64,000 bases of DNA, taken from positions 1,612,001 through 1,676,000 of the forward strand of contig MU008169.1 in NCBI GenBank assembly GCA_010909165.1, given 5' to 3'. This DNA is from Anthoceros angustus. Taxonomy: Eukaryota; Plantae; Anthocerotophyta. Made by a program: the position numbers and the translations under genes. Positions 39,897 through 52,400 of this stretch are shown here, piece after piece (the first letter of the stretch is position 1; every line of letters starts with the position of its first letter). Under the pieces are notes generated by a model, which made no database searches, was not told where the DNA came from, and saw nothing but the letters and a program-made list of their open reading frames with translations.

Positions 39897-39960
39897 GGAA
39901 GACTGACTTTTTGTGGAAGACTGACTTTTTGTGGAAGACTACTCTTTCTGGAAGAGCAAT
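39897..39960 (+). repeat. About 20-bp tandem repeat, 3 copies, upstream of the GT31 gene
   Basis: GGAAGACTGACTTTTTGT twice plus one diverged copy. Confidence 0.75.
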
Positions 39961-40142
39961 TTTGTACCATACTGAGAGTGGGTGTACGCGTACATAAGAA
40001 GATGTCTGACGAAGATCTCGCGGAAGAAACGAGGAGAAGCAAAGTTTTGTGTATGCAGGCAGTAAGCTCGGTGAGGGAAAGGTGAACTGCAGTCCTCGGC
40101 AGAGGCGCGCTGACATCTGGCGGGGGGAAAGCATCCTCTTCT

Positions 40143-41772
40143 ATGAAATGCCGAATCTGTGGAGGAAGAGTGTGGTATGAGAGCAGGCATGGCCTTCGGC
40201 AGGTATGGAGGCGGATGCCCTTACTTGTGGCCGCTGGGCTGGCTGCGCTGGTTGTCTTCGCCCTGTTGGCTGTAGTAGGGAGCAATCGGCAGAGTTCCCC
40301 TCCTGTTCAGTGCGCAAACGTGGAGGATACTCTGCGTGCTGCTCTCGCCGGTGGGCACTGGAAGGGAGGTGCGCCGAAATTTGGACGTTTATGGGGAACC
40401 CAGAGGCGGAAGGTGTTGGGTATAGTCGGGATTCAAACCGGCTTCGATTCCGCAGAGCGTCGGAAGGCCTTGCGGGCGACGTGGATGCCCTCCACTCCTG
40501 AAGGTATTTCCAGGTATCTTAGTGAGGGTTCGGCAAGCTGTCTGGGAGCTTTGCAGTGTCGGGATGTGGCGGTGTTGTGATCTTTTGTGGTGGCTGCAGT
40601 CTGGAGGAGGAAACCGGTCTGGCTTTCAGATTCGTGATCGGGCATTCGAAGGATACGAAGAAACAGGCAGCTCTGGAGGAGGAAATTGCGCAGTACAACG
40701 ACTTCATCCGGATCGACATCGAGGAAGATTATCATCGACTGAAGTATAAGACGTGCGTAAAGCTGGATTAGCGCATAGTTCCTGAGCAGTGTGACGGTCT
40801 GCTTCACTGTGAAGGTGATGATGCGGTCTGACGCTCCAGGCGCGGTGTCTCCTGGTTGCCTGCAGGTTGGCATACTTCAAGGCTGCCTTCTCGGCCTACG
40901 ATGCTAACTTCTACGTGAAGGCTGATGATGATATCTACCTTCGTCCAGGTACTGAGCCCTAGCAGCAGATTGCAATTGTTCTGTCCAGATTGCCCGTGAG
41001 GGTTTTCTGTCTCGCTACAGGATGCTAAGTGCTACAGGTTTGGTTTGGCTGTGTTTGCTGGTGCAGATCGGTTGGCAGCGTTGCTTGCCAAGGCCAGGCC
41101 TTCCGAGCGTACTTACTTGGGGTGTATGAAGAAGGGTCCCGTGATCACCGATGAAAAGCAGAAATGGTATGACTGAAATATGACTTCAGCTTTCTTGCAA
41201 GTGTGTCACAAGAGTGTGCGGTCTAACAGCTCATATTTGCAAAATGGCAGGCATGAACCCGCAGGGTACTTGCTGGGAAACGAATATTTCTTGCACGCAT
41301 ATGGACCAATTTATGCTCTTTCTAACAGAGTGGTAGAAGACATCGCTACCAGCAGCGACAGCAGGTAAGCTCTCTGCTCTTTGGCAGCTCATCTCTGTTC
41401 ACTACCAGTACCTACCTTTATTGGACTGAGGAAAACCCTCGTCCTGTGTTTGACAGCTTTCGCTACTTCGCAAACGAGGACGTTACTGTTGGTGTGTGGA
41501 TGCTCTCGATGAACGTCGACCACGAGGACAACCACGCCCTTTGTCATCGAGAGTGCAAGCCAGATTCTGTTGCTGTTTGGGACATTCCCAGATGCTCAGG
41601 TATGATATCACTCTCGTGGTTCTCTTTGCACCTTCGACGTTGGCTCTTGGCAGGCTGATGGTGAGTTGCTTTGCTTGATCCCTTGCCAGGACTCTGCCAT
41701 CCGGCACAGCAATTGCCTGTGCTTCATCAAATGGAGGCGTGTCGGAGACGGCCCCCAGTGCCCGCCGGCTGA
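40143..41772 (+). CDS. GT31 beta-1,3-galactosyltransferase (B3GALT12/13/14-like); multi-exon
   Basis: N-terminal TM segment; [22 protein letters not shown]; LAFRFVIG; [13 protein letters not shown]; [10 protein letters not shown]; [10 protein letters not shown]; [11 protein letters not shown]; [14 protein letters not shown]. Confidence 0.88.
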
Positions 41773-41968
41773 TGTAAATATGTTTTTGACCCCGTGTAGA
41801 TCATTGGCATCCCTAACTGTTCCGCAGTATTTTTGGCAGCAGTGCTCCCGCCGAGCACTCAATTTTGAGCGGAGCTTGATCCATTCTTTTCATCCACAAC
41901 CCTTTCTTCAAGCCCAGTAAAATTCTTGTGCTCTTTCAAGTTTCCTGAGTAGTGAGCGTACTCTCACC

Positions 41969-43346
41969 TCACCAGTGGGGTCGCCCTCGCCTGTTCCAGA
42001 GTTTGGGAGCAAAGGTGCGTCCAGCCCACCAGGACATGAGCCAGCTAGAGAGTCGGTTGACGGTGGCCAAGCTGTTGAGAAAGCTCCGGGTCTGCGCCAC
42101 GGTCCGTCTCATGTTTCTGGCTGCGTAGCCCAGCGCCGGCAGAACCACCACCGCCTCTGTTCTGGATCCTCGGGGCTGCCACAACGCTGGTTCAGTGAAG
42201 CCGAGTCGAGGGTGAAGTTACTTATCCACTCTCCCAGCTGCAACGAAGGTGTTTGTTTTCCATGACAAAAAAAAATAGAGCACACGGCATCGCTCACCTT
42301 TCGATGCTGCAGAGCCCATTCTCCGCAGACCGTCTTCTGCAGCGCGCACGGCTCGGGCCGAGCTGCGCACTCCCTCCGAAATCTCTTGCCTGCGGGACGC
42401 GCAGGCTCAGTTCTTCATCCCATATCCAACATCTTCCTTACGTCCCTCGTTCCGCTTCAGCATTTTCGATAAAAACGACTCGGCAAGCGGAACACATAGA
42501 GCAGCAGGAATAAGCGGAAGGCTTAACGATGATACCCCAGATCGCTCAGCTCCATTGTGAGGTCACTGATCTCCATTCCAGACAATCTGACAGCAGCCAT
42601 GGTCCCGGGAAGCTCTTCCCTCGCAGCATCCGCCAGCTTCTCCAGCGACTCTGCCGCCTTCTTGAAGGCCTGGCACCACACGCAAGCTCAGGTCAGGCCG
42701 GCGCGGCGGGATGACGGCAGAGTCGAGTCGAGTGGTGTCGTGCGTACCAGCAGCGTCGGAATTGCAGCCAGGAAGAGGCAGGAGAGGGTGCCGACGGCCT
42801 GATGGCACCAAACCGGAGTGGGAATGGTCAGCACGGTGGCACAGCCGCAGCAACAAAGCGCATCAAAGATGCCATGCGGCTCAGGCTCACCACACACGCA
42901 ATGAAGCCGAGGAGAACGACATGCTGGTCCGAGAGCCCGATGAACGTTGCAGTTCCAGGGGCAGTCACAGCTGTGCCCGTGCTCGCAACCAGCACGGTGT
43001 TGCCGCTGCTCTCTCCCGCGCCGGGAGCCTGCTCGGAAGAAGACTGCGCAGCCCGCACACGCCACCTCCGGCTCCCCGCCCGCTGCTGCAGCGGGGAAGG
43101 GCCAGGCGAAGAAGAAGGAGCTCTCCATCCTGCTCTCCCGGCTGCTGTCAGACGGCCAGGGGGCCGGGGATTCCTCAACCAAGCTGGCCAGGCCGCAAGG
43201 CTATCGGACCTGCTAAGCGGAGCAAACCGGACGCACCATTTCCTATCTCCGCCTCCCGCTATCTGCACGTTGGCGGATGCGATGGCTCGACCTGCCACCA
43301 TGGCTGCGCTCCAACGCAAGGCAAAGCCTTGGCCAGCAGAAATCAT
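41969..43346 (-). CDS. Conserved plastid-type membrane/coiled-coil protein of unknown function (At1g08530/At5g09995-like)
   Basis: Transit-like N-terminus; spliced LSDQHVVLLGFIAC / LFLAAIPTLL / AFKKAAESLEKLADAAREELPGTMAAVRLSGMEISDLTMELSDLG / QEISEGVRSSARAV. Confidence 0.75.
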
Positions 43347-43698
43347 GCAAAATCTGGAGAGTGAAGGTGAAATTCCATCGCTTTGTCTCTCGGCGACACA
43401 GCTGACTGCCCGTCCAGACTAGGTTTTGGAATAGGAAGAAGAAGAAGAATTTTAATTGAAGTCCACTAAGGACGGGAACTTCCACCAAATCTGCTTCCTG
43501 CCATGTGGCTGTCCTTTTGCTTCTCCACATGGACTACAAATGCTGATTGTCTGATTCGCAATGGCATCTCGTGGAGAGCATGGTGATTAGTCATGTCAGT
43601 CTATGTTACAACGTCGGCCAAAATTTCAACATCCTAGGCGTGGACGGAAGCCCTAGTGAGAATCCGGTTCTCATGTTTGTTTTTGCTGATAACTGCAG

Positions 43699-45305
43699 CT
43701 ATCTGTCGGTATTGTTCAGACGCCTTAGTTCTTCCCCTTCGCTCTCCCCATCATCTTCATCCTCGTCCTCCAGGGCTTCATCTTCATCTTCCTCGTCCTC
43801 CTCCTCTTCTTCTTCGAGATCACCGTCCAGGGTTAAGGAATCCATGTCCTCTCTTAGCCCTGCCCGAGGGGCAGATAGGATTACTTTTTGGCCTTGCGAT
43901 TCCTGCATGTCTTGCTGCAGGCGGCCCAGGCTCGCTACTCTACGCTCCTCCTCCTTCTTCTCCCTCTCTTTCTGCTTCTGTTGTAGCTCAACCCTGCCAG
44001 CACTCGTTAGCATTAGTACAACATGGACATGACCATGACGACTGAGCCCAGTCCTGACCCATCAGATTGCACTGGACTGAGCCTTTGTCACCCACTTGTA
44101 AGTTTCCATGTACTCGGTAGCGCTTGCATCAATGGCTTCGAAGAACTGCCGCATGCCCTCCCCTGTGATAGCTGACACTCCAACATTGCGCAAATTACGA
44201 TAAAACTCATCGAGCACTAAACACAGGCTTCTGCTCAGACTGGAAGTGTAGGACGTGTCACTGTCAATGGCTGTTTGAAACGCCTCAAAGTCCTCCATCC
44301 ACTGCAAGTTGAGTAAAAACCACATCAGCTCTACAGGCAGGTCTGGCATCAGACACCAAACTACCATTCACAAGGGAGCAACAACAAGAAGCACCTCACC
44401 TCCACCGCAAACTGATGCTTAGCAACATCGACCTTGTTGAAGGCCAGGAGAAGTGGCAGCCGAGTCTTGTACAAAATGCTACAAGCATACAACATGTTGC
44501 TCATGAAAGTACTTGGGTTTGTTGCCCGAGGAGTATCCACAACATATACAACAACAGTCGGAAAAGTGGAAGCGAACGATTCCGTGATGATCGCCCCCGA
44601 TGCCGACCAGGTGAAAATCTCAATTTGCCCTGGGGTATCAATAAGAACGTAGTCCAGTGAATCTGCTCTCTTCTCCACAAGAGTCACCACCTGAGAAACA
44701 GTCGGTACGTAACAAAACTCTCATCAAACTCACAGCATGCTCACCCACGAGCGGACCCATACACCACCAAAAACCACCAAAAAACAGTGAAACCCTGACA
44801 CAATTCAAGTCACCTACCTCATCGAACTTGCTTGCAAACAGATTCAAGGAAGTGAGAATCCCCCCGTTCGGCCCCAGACGGTACTCCTTCATCACGTTCT
44901 TGTACTTAACGGTGTCCCGGATGTCGATATTGCAAGGATACGGCACCGAGGAGACGGCCGGATCCAGGTTCATTACGTAACCCCGCTTCCCCGACTGCTG
45001 CACATGGTGTACCAGGCGCTGCAGCATCGTCGTCTTCCCACTACCTGTGCAAGAAACGATGCTACTCTCGTCACACCCACAAATTCCCATACCCCAGCAC
45101 AAACCAATTCCAGTCCCAGCTCGAGACAATTCACAGACTGCAAACTCCCCACGTCCCAAAGCTGAAACGTTTCGAAGCACAAGCTGCCTGATCGCCCACC
45201 AGCCATGCCGACCACGATGATAACAATGGGCTGTTTTTTGCCGCCATCAGGCTGCCCCTGGGCCTGGGCCTGGCCCTGGCCGCTCACGGACGCCGACGCC
45301 TCCAT
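43699..45305 (-). CDS. GPN1: GPN-loop GTPase 1 (XAB1/QQT2-like)
   Basis: IIVVGMAG|SGKTT; NLDPAV; [14 protein letters not shown]; [15 protein letters not shown]; FNKVD; WMEDFEAF; GVSAITGEG; acidic tail. Confidence 0.93.
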
Positions 45306-45461
45306 CTCAAGAAGCTCGGAAGCTCGCTCGCGCGTATATTAATACACGTACGTAGGTGCTGTACGTATAGTAAGTAGACTTAGAGCTCGCTAGGGTTCGG
45401 GAGACCATCGCCTGAGAGTGCAGAGCTTTAGCTTGGTTGCAGAATTTCGATCCGATCTGCG
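45306..45461. promoter_or_regulatory. 156-bp divergent intergenic region shared by GPN1 and the DEAD-box helicase
   Basis: ATGs at 45305 (-) and 45462 (+); palindromic TATTAATA, CACGTACGTA, TAGGGTT (telo-box-like). Confidence 0.55.
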
Positions 45462-48338
45462 ATGTCGAAGCGCAAGTTCGGGTTCGAGGGATTCGGGATC
45501 AGCAAGCGGTCGAGCTACGAATTCGAGGCTGATCATGCTCCGCGGCGGATGTATGTTCCGTCGCCTTCCAGGAAGGCTGCACGGAACGAGGACGGGGATT
45601 TGGAGAACATGCAGTTCGAGCAGGAGGAGGAGGAGGAGGAAAGGGCCGGGACTGGAGAGGGTGAAGATGATGTCAAGGGGGAGCAGGGGCAGGAGGAGGA
45701 GATAGATCCTCTGGATGCCTACATGCTCGGGATTCAGGAGGAGGTTAAGAAGGCACCCACGAATCCGAGGCCGAAGCGGGAGGCTTTGGAGGACGAGGAG
45801 GATGATCCCATGGAGAGCTTTCTGAAGGCCCGGCGTGATGCGGGATTGTCTCTGGCAGCGGAGGCTCTGCACGCTGGGTATGATTCGGACGAGGAGGTTT
45901 ACGCTGCTGCCAAGGCTGTGGATGCTGGCATGGTGGAGTACGACTCTGATGATAATCCTGTCATCACGGTGGATCGGAAGAAGGTGGAACCTTTGGCGCC
46001 GCTGGATCACAGTGATATGGACTACGAGCCTTTCAACAAGGATTTCTATGAAGAGCCTCGGGCCATTTCAGGTTGGAGCTGTCAGATTGAGGGATGGGAC
46101 GAGTTGGAAATTGTGGCTTTTGGTGGGTAGATGGTGGTGAATTGTGCTTGACTCTTGTGCTGTTGCAGGTATGGCTGAAGAGGAGGTGAGTGCGTACAGG
46201 CAGTCCCTGGCAATTAAAGTGTCGGGGTTTGATGTTTCTCGGCCCATCAAGACGTTTGACCAGCTTGGTTTCGACTCCGCTCTGAGAGGCGCGATTAACA
46301 AGCAGGGTTATGAGAAGCCTACTCCTGTGCAGTGTCAGTCGTTGCCCGTGGCCCTTTCAGGTAGAGACATGATTGGCATAGCGAAGACCGGGTCGGGGAA
46401 GACTGCGGCGTTTGTGCTCCCTATGATTGTGCACATAATGGATCAGGAGGAGGTGGGGAAGGGCGAGGGGCCTATAGGGGTCATATGTGCCCCCACGCGT
46501 GAGCTGGCTCAACAGATTTATTTGGAGACGAAAAAGTTCGCCAAAGTTCATGGTATAAAGGTGTCAGGGGTTTATGGAGGGATGTCAAAATTTGAGCAGT
46601 TCAAGGAGTTGAAAGCTGGGTGCGAGGTTGTGGTGGCCACCCCCGGTCGCTTGATTGATATGTTGAAAATGAAAGCCCTGACCATGTCAAGGGCTACGTT
46701 TCTTGTACTGGATGAGGCAGATAGAATGTTTGATCTGGGATTTGAGCCTCAGATCCGGTCAATTGTGGGCCAGATAAGGCCAGACCGTCAGACTCTGCTC
46801 TTTTCAGCAACAATGCCTCGCCGGGTTGAAAGGCTTGCTCGAGAAGTTTTATCAGATCCCATACGTGTGACTGTTGGGGAAGTTGGGATGGCAAATGAGG
46901 ATATTACTCAGGTGGCAACTGTGCTTCCGGCAGATGCTGACAAGATGCCTTGGTTGCTCAACAAGCTTCCTGAGATGGTGGACGATGGAGACGTCTTGGT
47001 GTTTGCTTCTACTAAGCTTCGAGTTGAGGAAATTGAAGGAAAGCTCAAGGAAGGAGGGTTCAAGGTGGCTGCATTGCATGGAGATAAAGATCAAGCCTCT
47101 AGAATGGAAGTCCTCAGTTCTTTCAAGTCCGGAGTGTACCATGTTCTCGTGGCTACAGATGTTGCTGCTCGTGGTCTGGACATCAAGTCAATAAAGACCG
47201 TTGTGAATTTTGATATTGCCAAGGACATGGATAGTCATGTACACCGGATAGGGAGAACAGGTCGTGCTGGTGACAAAGAAGGTGTAGCTCACACACTTGT
47301 TACGCAGAAGGAAGCACGCTTTGCCGGGGAACTGGTCAACAGCATGATTGCTTCAGGACAGAATGTTTCCATGGAGCTCATGGACCTAGCAATGAAGGTA
47401 TTTGTTGATCTGGTCTTGGATTACTGTGGTGGCAATTGGCTTTCTGTGTGGCATGTCTGTTGACATGTGGACCCTTTGTCTTTTGCAGGATGGCCGCTTT
47501 CGGGCTCAAAGAGAAGGGCGGAAAGGGACTGGAGGTAAACCTCAGTCAGTCTGTTCAATTTCTGTGTACCGAGCCACGTTTACTCAAAACTGAAAGTCTT
47601 TTGTGATTGCATATGCAGGACGGGGAAAGGGGGGTGGTAAAGGTCGTGGCCGAGGCCGAGGCAACGGGGGTAGTTCAGGTGGAAATAACGCAGGTAGTGG
47701 TCGCAATGTCCGCGGTGTTGACTTTGGTATGGGCATAGGTTACAACCCTGAATCAACAAATAGAGGTAGTCCAGCTGTGTCAGCAGCTCCTCGGGAGGTT
47801 CCAAATAGAGGCACTGCAGTGGATGCGCTGAAGATGGGAATGATGGCACGTTTTAAGAACAGCTTTGTGGCAGCCTCTGCTGGTGTTGTCAGTGGTTCCA
47901 CAGGTTCTGGATCATATGCTGCAAGTGGGTCCACACCTCAGGGTCGTGTTCATGGGGCTGGAAGCAACACTGGCAGGGGTGGTCCTCCTGAAAATGGCAA
48001 GAGCCTGTCTTTTGGAGGCAGTGGGCCAACAGGAATTGGTCGAGGAACTAGGATAACTGGGTTTGCCCCTAGCACCAGTGTGAAAGGAGCAACATTGACG
48101 GGCTTCACATCAGCAAGTTCAGAAGGAACCAGCACCCAAAGCATGTCAATTTCGCAACCCATACAGGCCTCCAGCGACCCAACAGAGGGTGGAGGAGGCT
48201 CAAGGTATGTACAGGGCATTCATCTGTGGTACCTGTTTCTAGTTAACTGCATCAGAGATGTGACAAGGCGGTTTATGCTGAACATTTCTGGTGTCCTGCA
48301 GGCGAGAAAGAAAGCGTCCATCTGGCTGGGATCGGTAA
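45462..48338 (+). CDS. DDX42: DEAD-box RNA helicase DDX42/RH24
   Basis: MSKRKFGFEGFGI; AKTGSGKT; PTRELA; DEAD; SAT; HRIGRTGRAG; C-terminal RKRPSGWDR* (stop 48336-48338). Confidence 0.93.
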
Positions 48339-49335
48339 TTCTGCTTAGAAGAAGGGTGCCTCCTAGATGCCGACCTTGTGCTGCACCCACAAAGCATGCT
48401 CTTCTTGGGCATTGGTAAATTCCCTGATAATGGAGACCTCATGCATGTGCATTCACACAAACTCCAATGCTAATCAGAGCTTATCGGCCCTCTGTTTTGT
48501 GTTGCAGAGTTTTGGGACTATGGTACGGTGGGCACACTACAGTACCACCTGAACTTCCAGCTTCGAGTGTATTTTTGGGTGTATCCACCTGTGTACATTT
48601 GCAGATTATTCTTTAATAGGACAGGGAACGCGGTAGCTTTGAGACTGGGAATGAATCTGTGGTGAACAAGAAGGGCTGGCAGCAGAGCAACCGAGCAGTC
48701 TGTGAGATTGCATACATCAGTTACTACAACTAGATACCGTGGGAATGGCATACCGGCTCTACCGAGGACGCGCGTGTCTGGTTCAGGATAGTAGTCATTT
48801 CAGCTTCTTGTTCAGGGCCCTGAAAAGCATCATCTGGGTTTCTGTGCACATGATTTAGGCAACCCGTAGGCCGGTGTTGATTTCCAATGCACTCTAATAA
48901 CCAATCCAGAACTTGGGTGACACTTGGTAAGATGCATAGTTTCACGCTTTTGGCGAATGGAGGGCAGGCCTGAAGCAGCTTTGTAGCTGGTTAGCTAGAG
49001 ATCTCTGGCCCTGCAATCATGACTTAAATCAGTCCCGCAGCAAAGCTGTAGGTGACTTCGGAACCAGCTCGATGGCGAGCAGACTATGGCCACTCCGGAA
49101 ATCTTCTCCTCAACTTCTCAGAGGGCGATCGTTTCTTCCCGGACGCCCTCCTGCCTCTACACAAGCTTGCTGGAAGCATTTTCCCGGAGTACTCCATCAG
49201 AAAGGACAGACCTTGTCCGCGATCAGGACCTCGCCATGTCGAACGCCATCAATATGTACGAGAAGAGCCCCAGTCCCCCGCGCAGAGAAATGATCCTTCG
49301 GGAATTGTTGTTCATCGTGCGTTATGTAGCGAAAG

Positions 49336-51948
49336 ATGGATGCTTGGAGCGTGAAACTTCATTTTCGGAGAAGGCGACGGTGGCAGCTGCTTTTCTGCAC
49401 ACCACAAAGACAAATTGGCGGGATAACAGGTCTCATGGGAAGAGCTTCCTTAAGGGACGTAACGCCCGGCACGGTGAGCATACTATCTCAGAAGGGGCAG
49501 GTCACTGAGGCTGTTGAGGCTCTGGGAGTTCTGGTGCAGACACACGGTCGTTTTTCACCATCTCTGTTGTATGCTGTTCTCAAAAGCTGTGTGGTGAAGA
49601 AGGATTTGGTACTGGGTCGCCTTCTCCATGCCCTTACCGTAAGAAAGGGATACGAGTCGGACACGTTCTTGTGCAATCACATCGTCCGAATGTATGCGTC
49701 TCATGGCAGGTTACAGGAAGCGATGGATGTGTTCACCATGGTTGCTGAACCAAATGCCTTCATGTGGTGTTCCATGATTTGTGCGCATGTCAAGCACGGT
49801 AAAGCGAAGCAGGCTGTAGAGCTTTATCATCGGATGGGCAGGTCAAGTGTAAAGCCGGATGGGCATGTGTTTGTAGCAGCGCTACAGGCTTGTGCAAGGG
49901 GGGGAGATATAAGAAGTGGAGAGCAGGTACACGCTGATGTTCTGGCTAGTGGGCTTGAGCCTGATATGTTTGTCTATAATGCCTTGGTTGACATGTATGC
50001 AAAGTGTGGCCGCTTGGAGGAAGCTCGAGGAGTGTTTGACGGGCTTCCTCATAAGGATGTGGTGACCTGGACTGCTCTGATAGCAGGATATTCCCAGCAG
50101 GGCAGGGGTCAGGAAGCCCTTCACCTCTACACTGCTATGCAAGAAAAAAGCATTGGCGCACCTGATTCTGTGACATTTGTCTGCCTCCTGCAGGCCTGTG
50201 CAAGTGTTGGTGCCCCTGCCTTGGAGACGGGAAAGCAGCTTCATGCCCAGGTTGGAGAACGAGGGCTTGATTTGGTTGTCGGGAACAGTTTGGTAAACAT
50301 GTATGCTAAATGTGGCAGCCTCGTGGATGCACATGGTGTGTTTGACAGGCTCTGTCATAAGGATGTGGTGACATGGAATACAATGTTAGCAGGATATTCC
50401 CAACGGGGAATGGGTCAGGAAGCCCTCTATCTTTACAGCAACATGCAAGGAGAAGGCAGGACTGCACCAGATTCTGTGACATTTGTGTGCCTACTGCAGG
50501 CTTGTTCAAGTGTGGGTGTCCCAGCTTTGGAGGCAGGCAAGCAGCTTCATGCAGCGATTGGAGAGCGAGGACTTCAGGTCGATGTTGTTGTAGCTAACAG
50601 TTTAGTGAACATGTATGCAAAGTGTGGCAGTTTACAGGATGCTCAGGGAGTTTTTGATGGACTTGAGCAAAAGGATGTGGTGACGTGGAATGCTATGATT
50701 GCAGCATATTCCCAGCGGGGCATGGGTCAGCAAGCTCTTAGTCTTTACACTGCTATGCAAGAGCGACGTACTCTGGCACCTAATACAGTGACATTTGTGT
50801 GCCTTCTTCAGGCATGCGCCAGTGTGGGCACCCCAGCTTTGGAGAAGGGGAAGGAGCTTCATGCTCAGATCGTTGAAGGAGGGCTCCAGGCTGATACTGT
50901 TGTAGGTTGCAGTCTTGTGAACATGTACGCGAAGTGTGGCAGCCTCCATGATGCTCACAGCGTGTTTAATGGACTCTCTGAAAAAAATGTGGTGTCGTGG
51001 ACTGCTTTGATATCAGGATACTCTCAGCAGGGCATGGGTCAAGAAGCCCTTCATCTCTATACTGCTATGCAAGCAGAGGGACTTTCTGATCCTGATTCTG
51101 TGACATTCGTGTGCCTCCTGCAGGCATGTGCAAACGTGGCAGCTTTGCATACGGGAAAGCAGCTTCATGTGGAAATCGAAGAACATGGGCTTCATACTGA
51201 TGTGTTTGTAGCGATTAGTTTGATCGACATGTATGCCAAGTCTGGGAGCATGGTTGACGCCCAGCTGGTGTTTGATGCATTGCCTGACAGAGACATTGTC
51301 GTCTGGAATGCACTTATTGCCGGATTTTCCCGTCAAGGGGACTGTGGGATGGTTTTTGACTTGGTTGACAGAATGAGAGAGCATGGCATTCAGCCAGACG
51401 GCGTCACACTTGTCAGTGTTTTAACAGTATGCAGTCATGCAGGTCTGGTGAACACGGGACAAGAGTATTTTGAATCCATGACCAGACACAACGGCCTCAA
51501 ACCCACCGTTGAGCACTACACCTGCTTGGTGGACCTCTTAGGTCGTGCAGGCCACCTTGAAGAGGCACTAGCCGTAGTAAGGACAATACCTGTACCACCC
51601 GACGCTGCAATTTGGCACACTCTGTTGGGTGCTTGCAGAAAGTGGAGCAACGTGAAGATAGGATGCCATGCTTTCGATGAGGCAGTGAAGTTACACGAAA
51701 AAGATGCCGCAGCATATGTGTTTATGTCCAACATATATGCTAGTGCCCAAATGTGGGAGGAGGCACAGGAGATGCAGCGGAGGAGAATAGGGATCAGGGC
51801 ATGGAAGCAAGCAGGCCAGAGCTGGTGGACAGATACAGAGGGACTGGTGCACACTTTTGTGGTTGGGGACATGAAGCACGTAGATCGTGAAGATATATAC
51901 GAAAGCTTAAAACAGCTCAGTTCCCAAATAGAGAAAGGAAGGCACTGA
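49336..51948 (+). CDS. PLS-class PPR protein with E1/E2 and WW-type box, truncated before the deaminase core (E+ type), 870 aa
   Basis: Intact ORF with near-identical P-L-S triplets; ends WKQAGQSWWTDTEGLVHTFVVGD...QIEKGRH* with no HxE/CxxC. Confidence 0.9.
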   Translation: MDAWSVKLHFRRRRRWQLLFCTPQRQIGGITGLMGRASLRDVTPGTVSILSQKGQVTEAVEALGVLVQTHGRFSPSLLYAVLKSCVVKKDLVLGRLLHALTVRKGYESDTFLCNHIVRMYASHGRLQEAMDVFTMVAEPNAFMWCSMICAHVKHGKAKQAVELYHRMGRSSVKPDGHVFVAALQACARGGDIRSGEQVHADVLASGLEPDMFVYNALVDMYAKCGRLEEARGVFDGLPHKDVVTWTALIAGYSQQGRGQEALHLYTAMQEKSIGAPDSVTFVCLLQACASVGAPALETGKQLHAQVGERGLDLVVGNSLVNMYAKCGSLVDAHGVFDRLCHKDVVTWNTMLAGYSQRGMGQEALYLYSNMQGEGRTAPDSVTFVCLLQACSSVGVPALEAGKQLHAAIGERGLQVDVVVANSLVNMYAKCGSLQDAQGVFDGLEQKDVVTWNAMIAAYSQRGMGQQALSLYTAMQERRTLAPNTVTFVCLLQACASVGTPALEKGKELHAQIVEGGLQADTVVGCSLVNMYAKCGSLHDAHSVFNGLSEKNVVSWTALISGYSQQGMGQEALHLYTAMQAEGLSDPDSVTFVCLLQACANVAALHTGKQLHVEIEEHGLHTDVFVAISLIDMYAKSGSMVDAQLVFDALPDRDIVVWNALIAGFSRQGDCGMVFDLVDRMREHGIQPDGVTLVSVLTVCSHAGLVNTGQEYFESMTRHNGLKPTVEHYTCLVDLLGRAGHLEEALAVVRTIPVPPDAAIWHTLLGACRKWSNVKIGCHAFDEAVKLHEKDAAAYVFMSNIYASAQMWEEAQEMQRRRIGIRAWKQAGQSWWTDTEGLVHTFVVGDMKHVDREDIYESLKQLSSQIEKGRH

Positions 51949-52400
51949 TTTTGTCTGGCTCCCATACATGACAGCTCCCTTGGCCCAAAATGCCGTCCAG
52001 CGGGAAAGGAGCTCGGTGGCTGTCCCCTTGGCTAGAAAACGCAGCTCCATGATGTCCCCGAGTACAGTTCAACCTTCTGCAATGAACTCGACCACTGAAC
52101 AACGCTGGATGGAAACCAACTAACGCAGGACATTCTGTCCCCTCGTAAACCGACCCGCGTCAATCATGCTTGTTCGCTCTACAGTTCTCTGGTTTTGAAT
52201 ACCACGAGCGTGTTCCTGTTTCGGTGACGACAAAGTGGGTTCTGATATTCAATTTGGAGCGTTTAGGGCAGCGGTGCGCAGGGAGCATGGATGCAGCGTT
52301 GCTGCTGAGGCGGAGGATCCTTCCCTCCTTTCCATCAGCAAGCGTAGGAGTTCCCAGGAAGATCCATGGCTGGGGAGCTACACCTTCCTGCCCTTGCACC

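Noticed and set aside
48730-49330. Possible small gene between DDX42 and the WW-type PPR
   Set aside because: No consistent spliced frame or recognisable motif was found.
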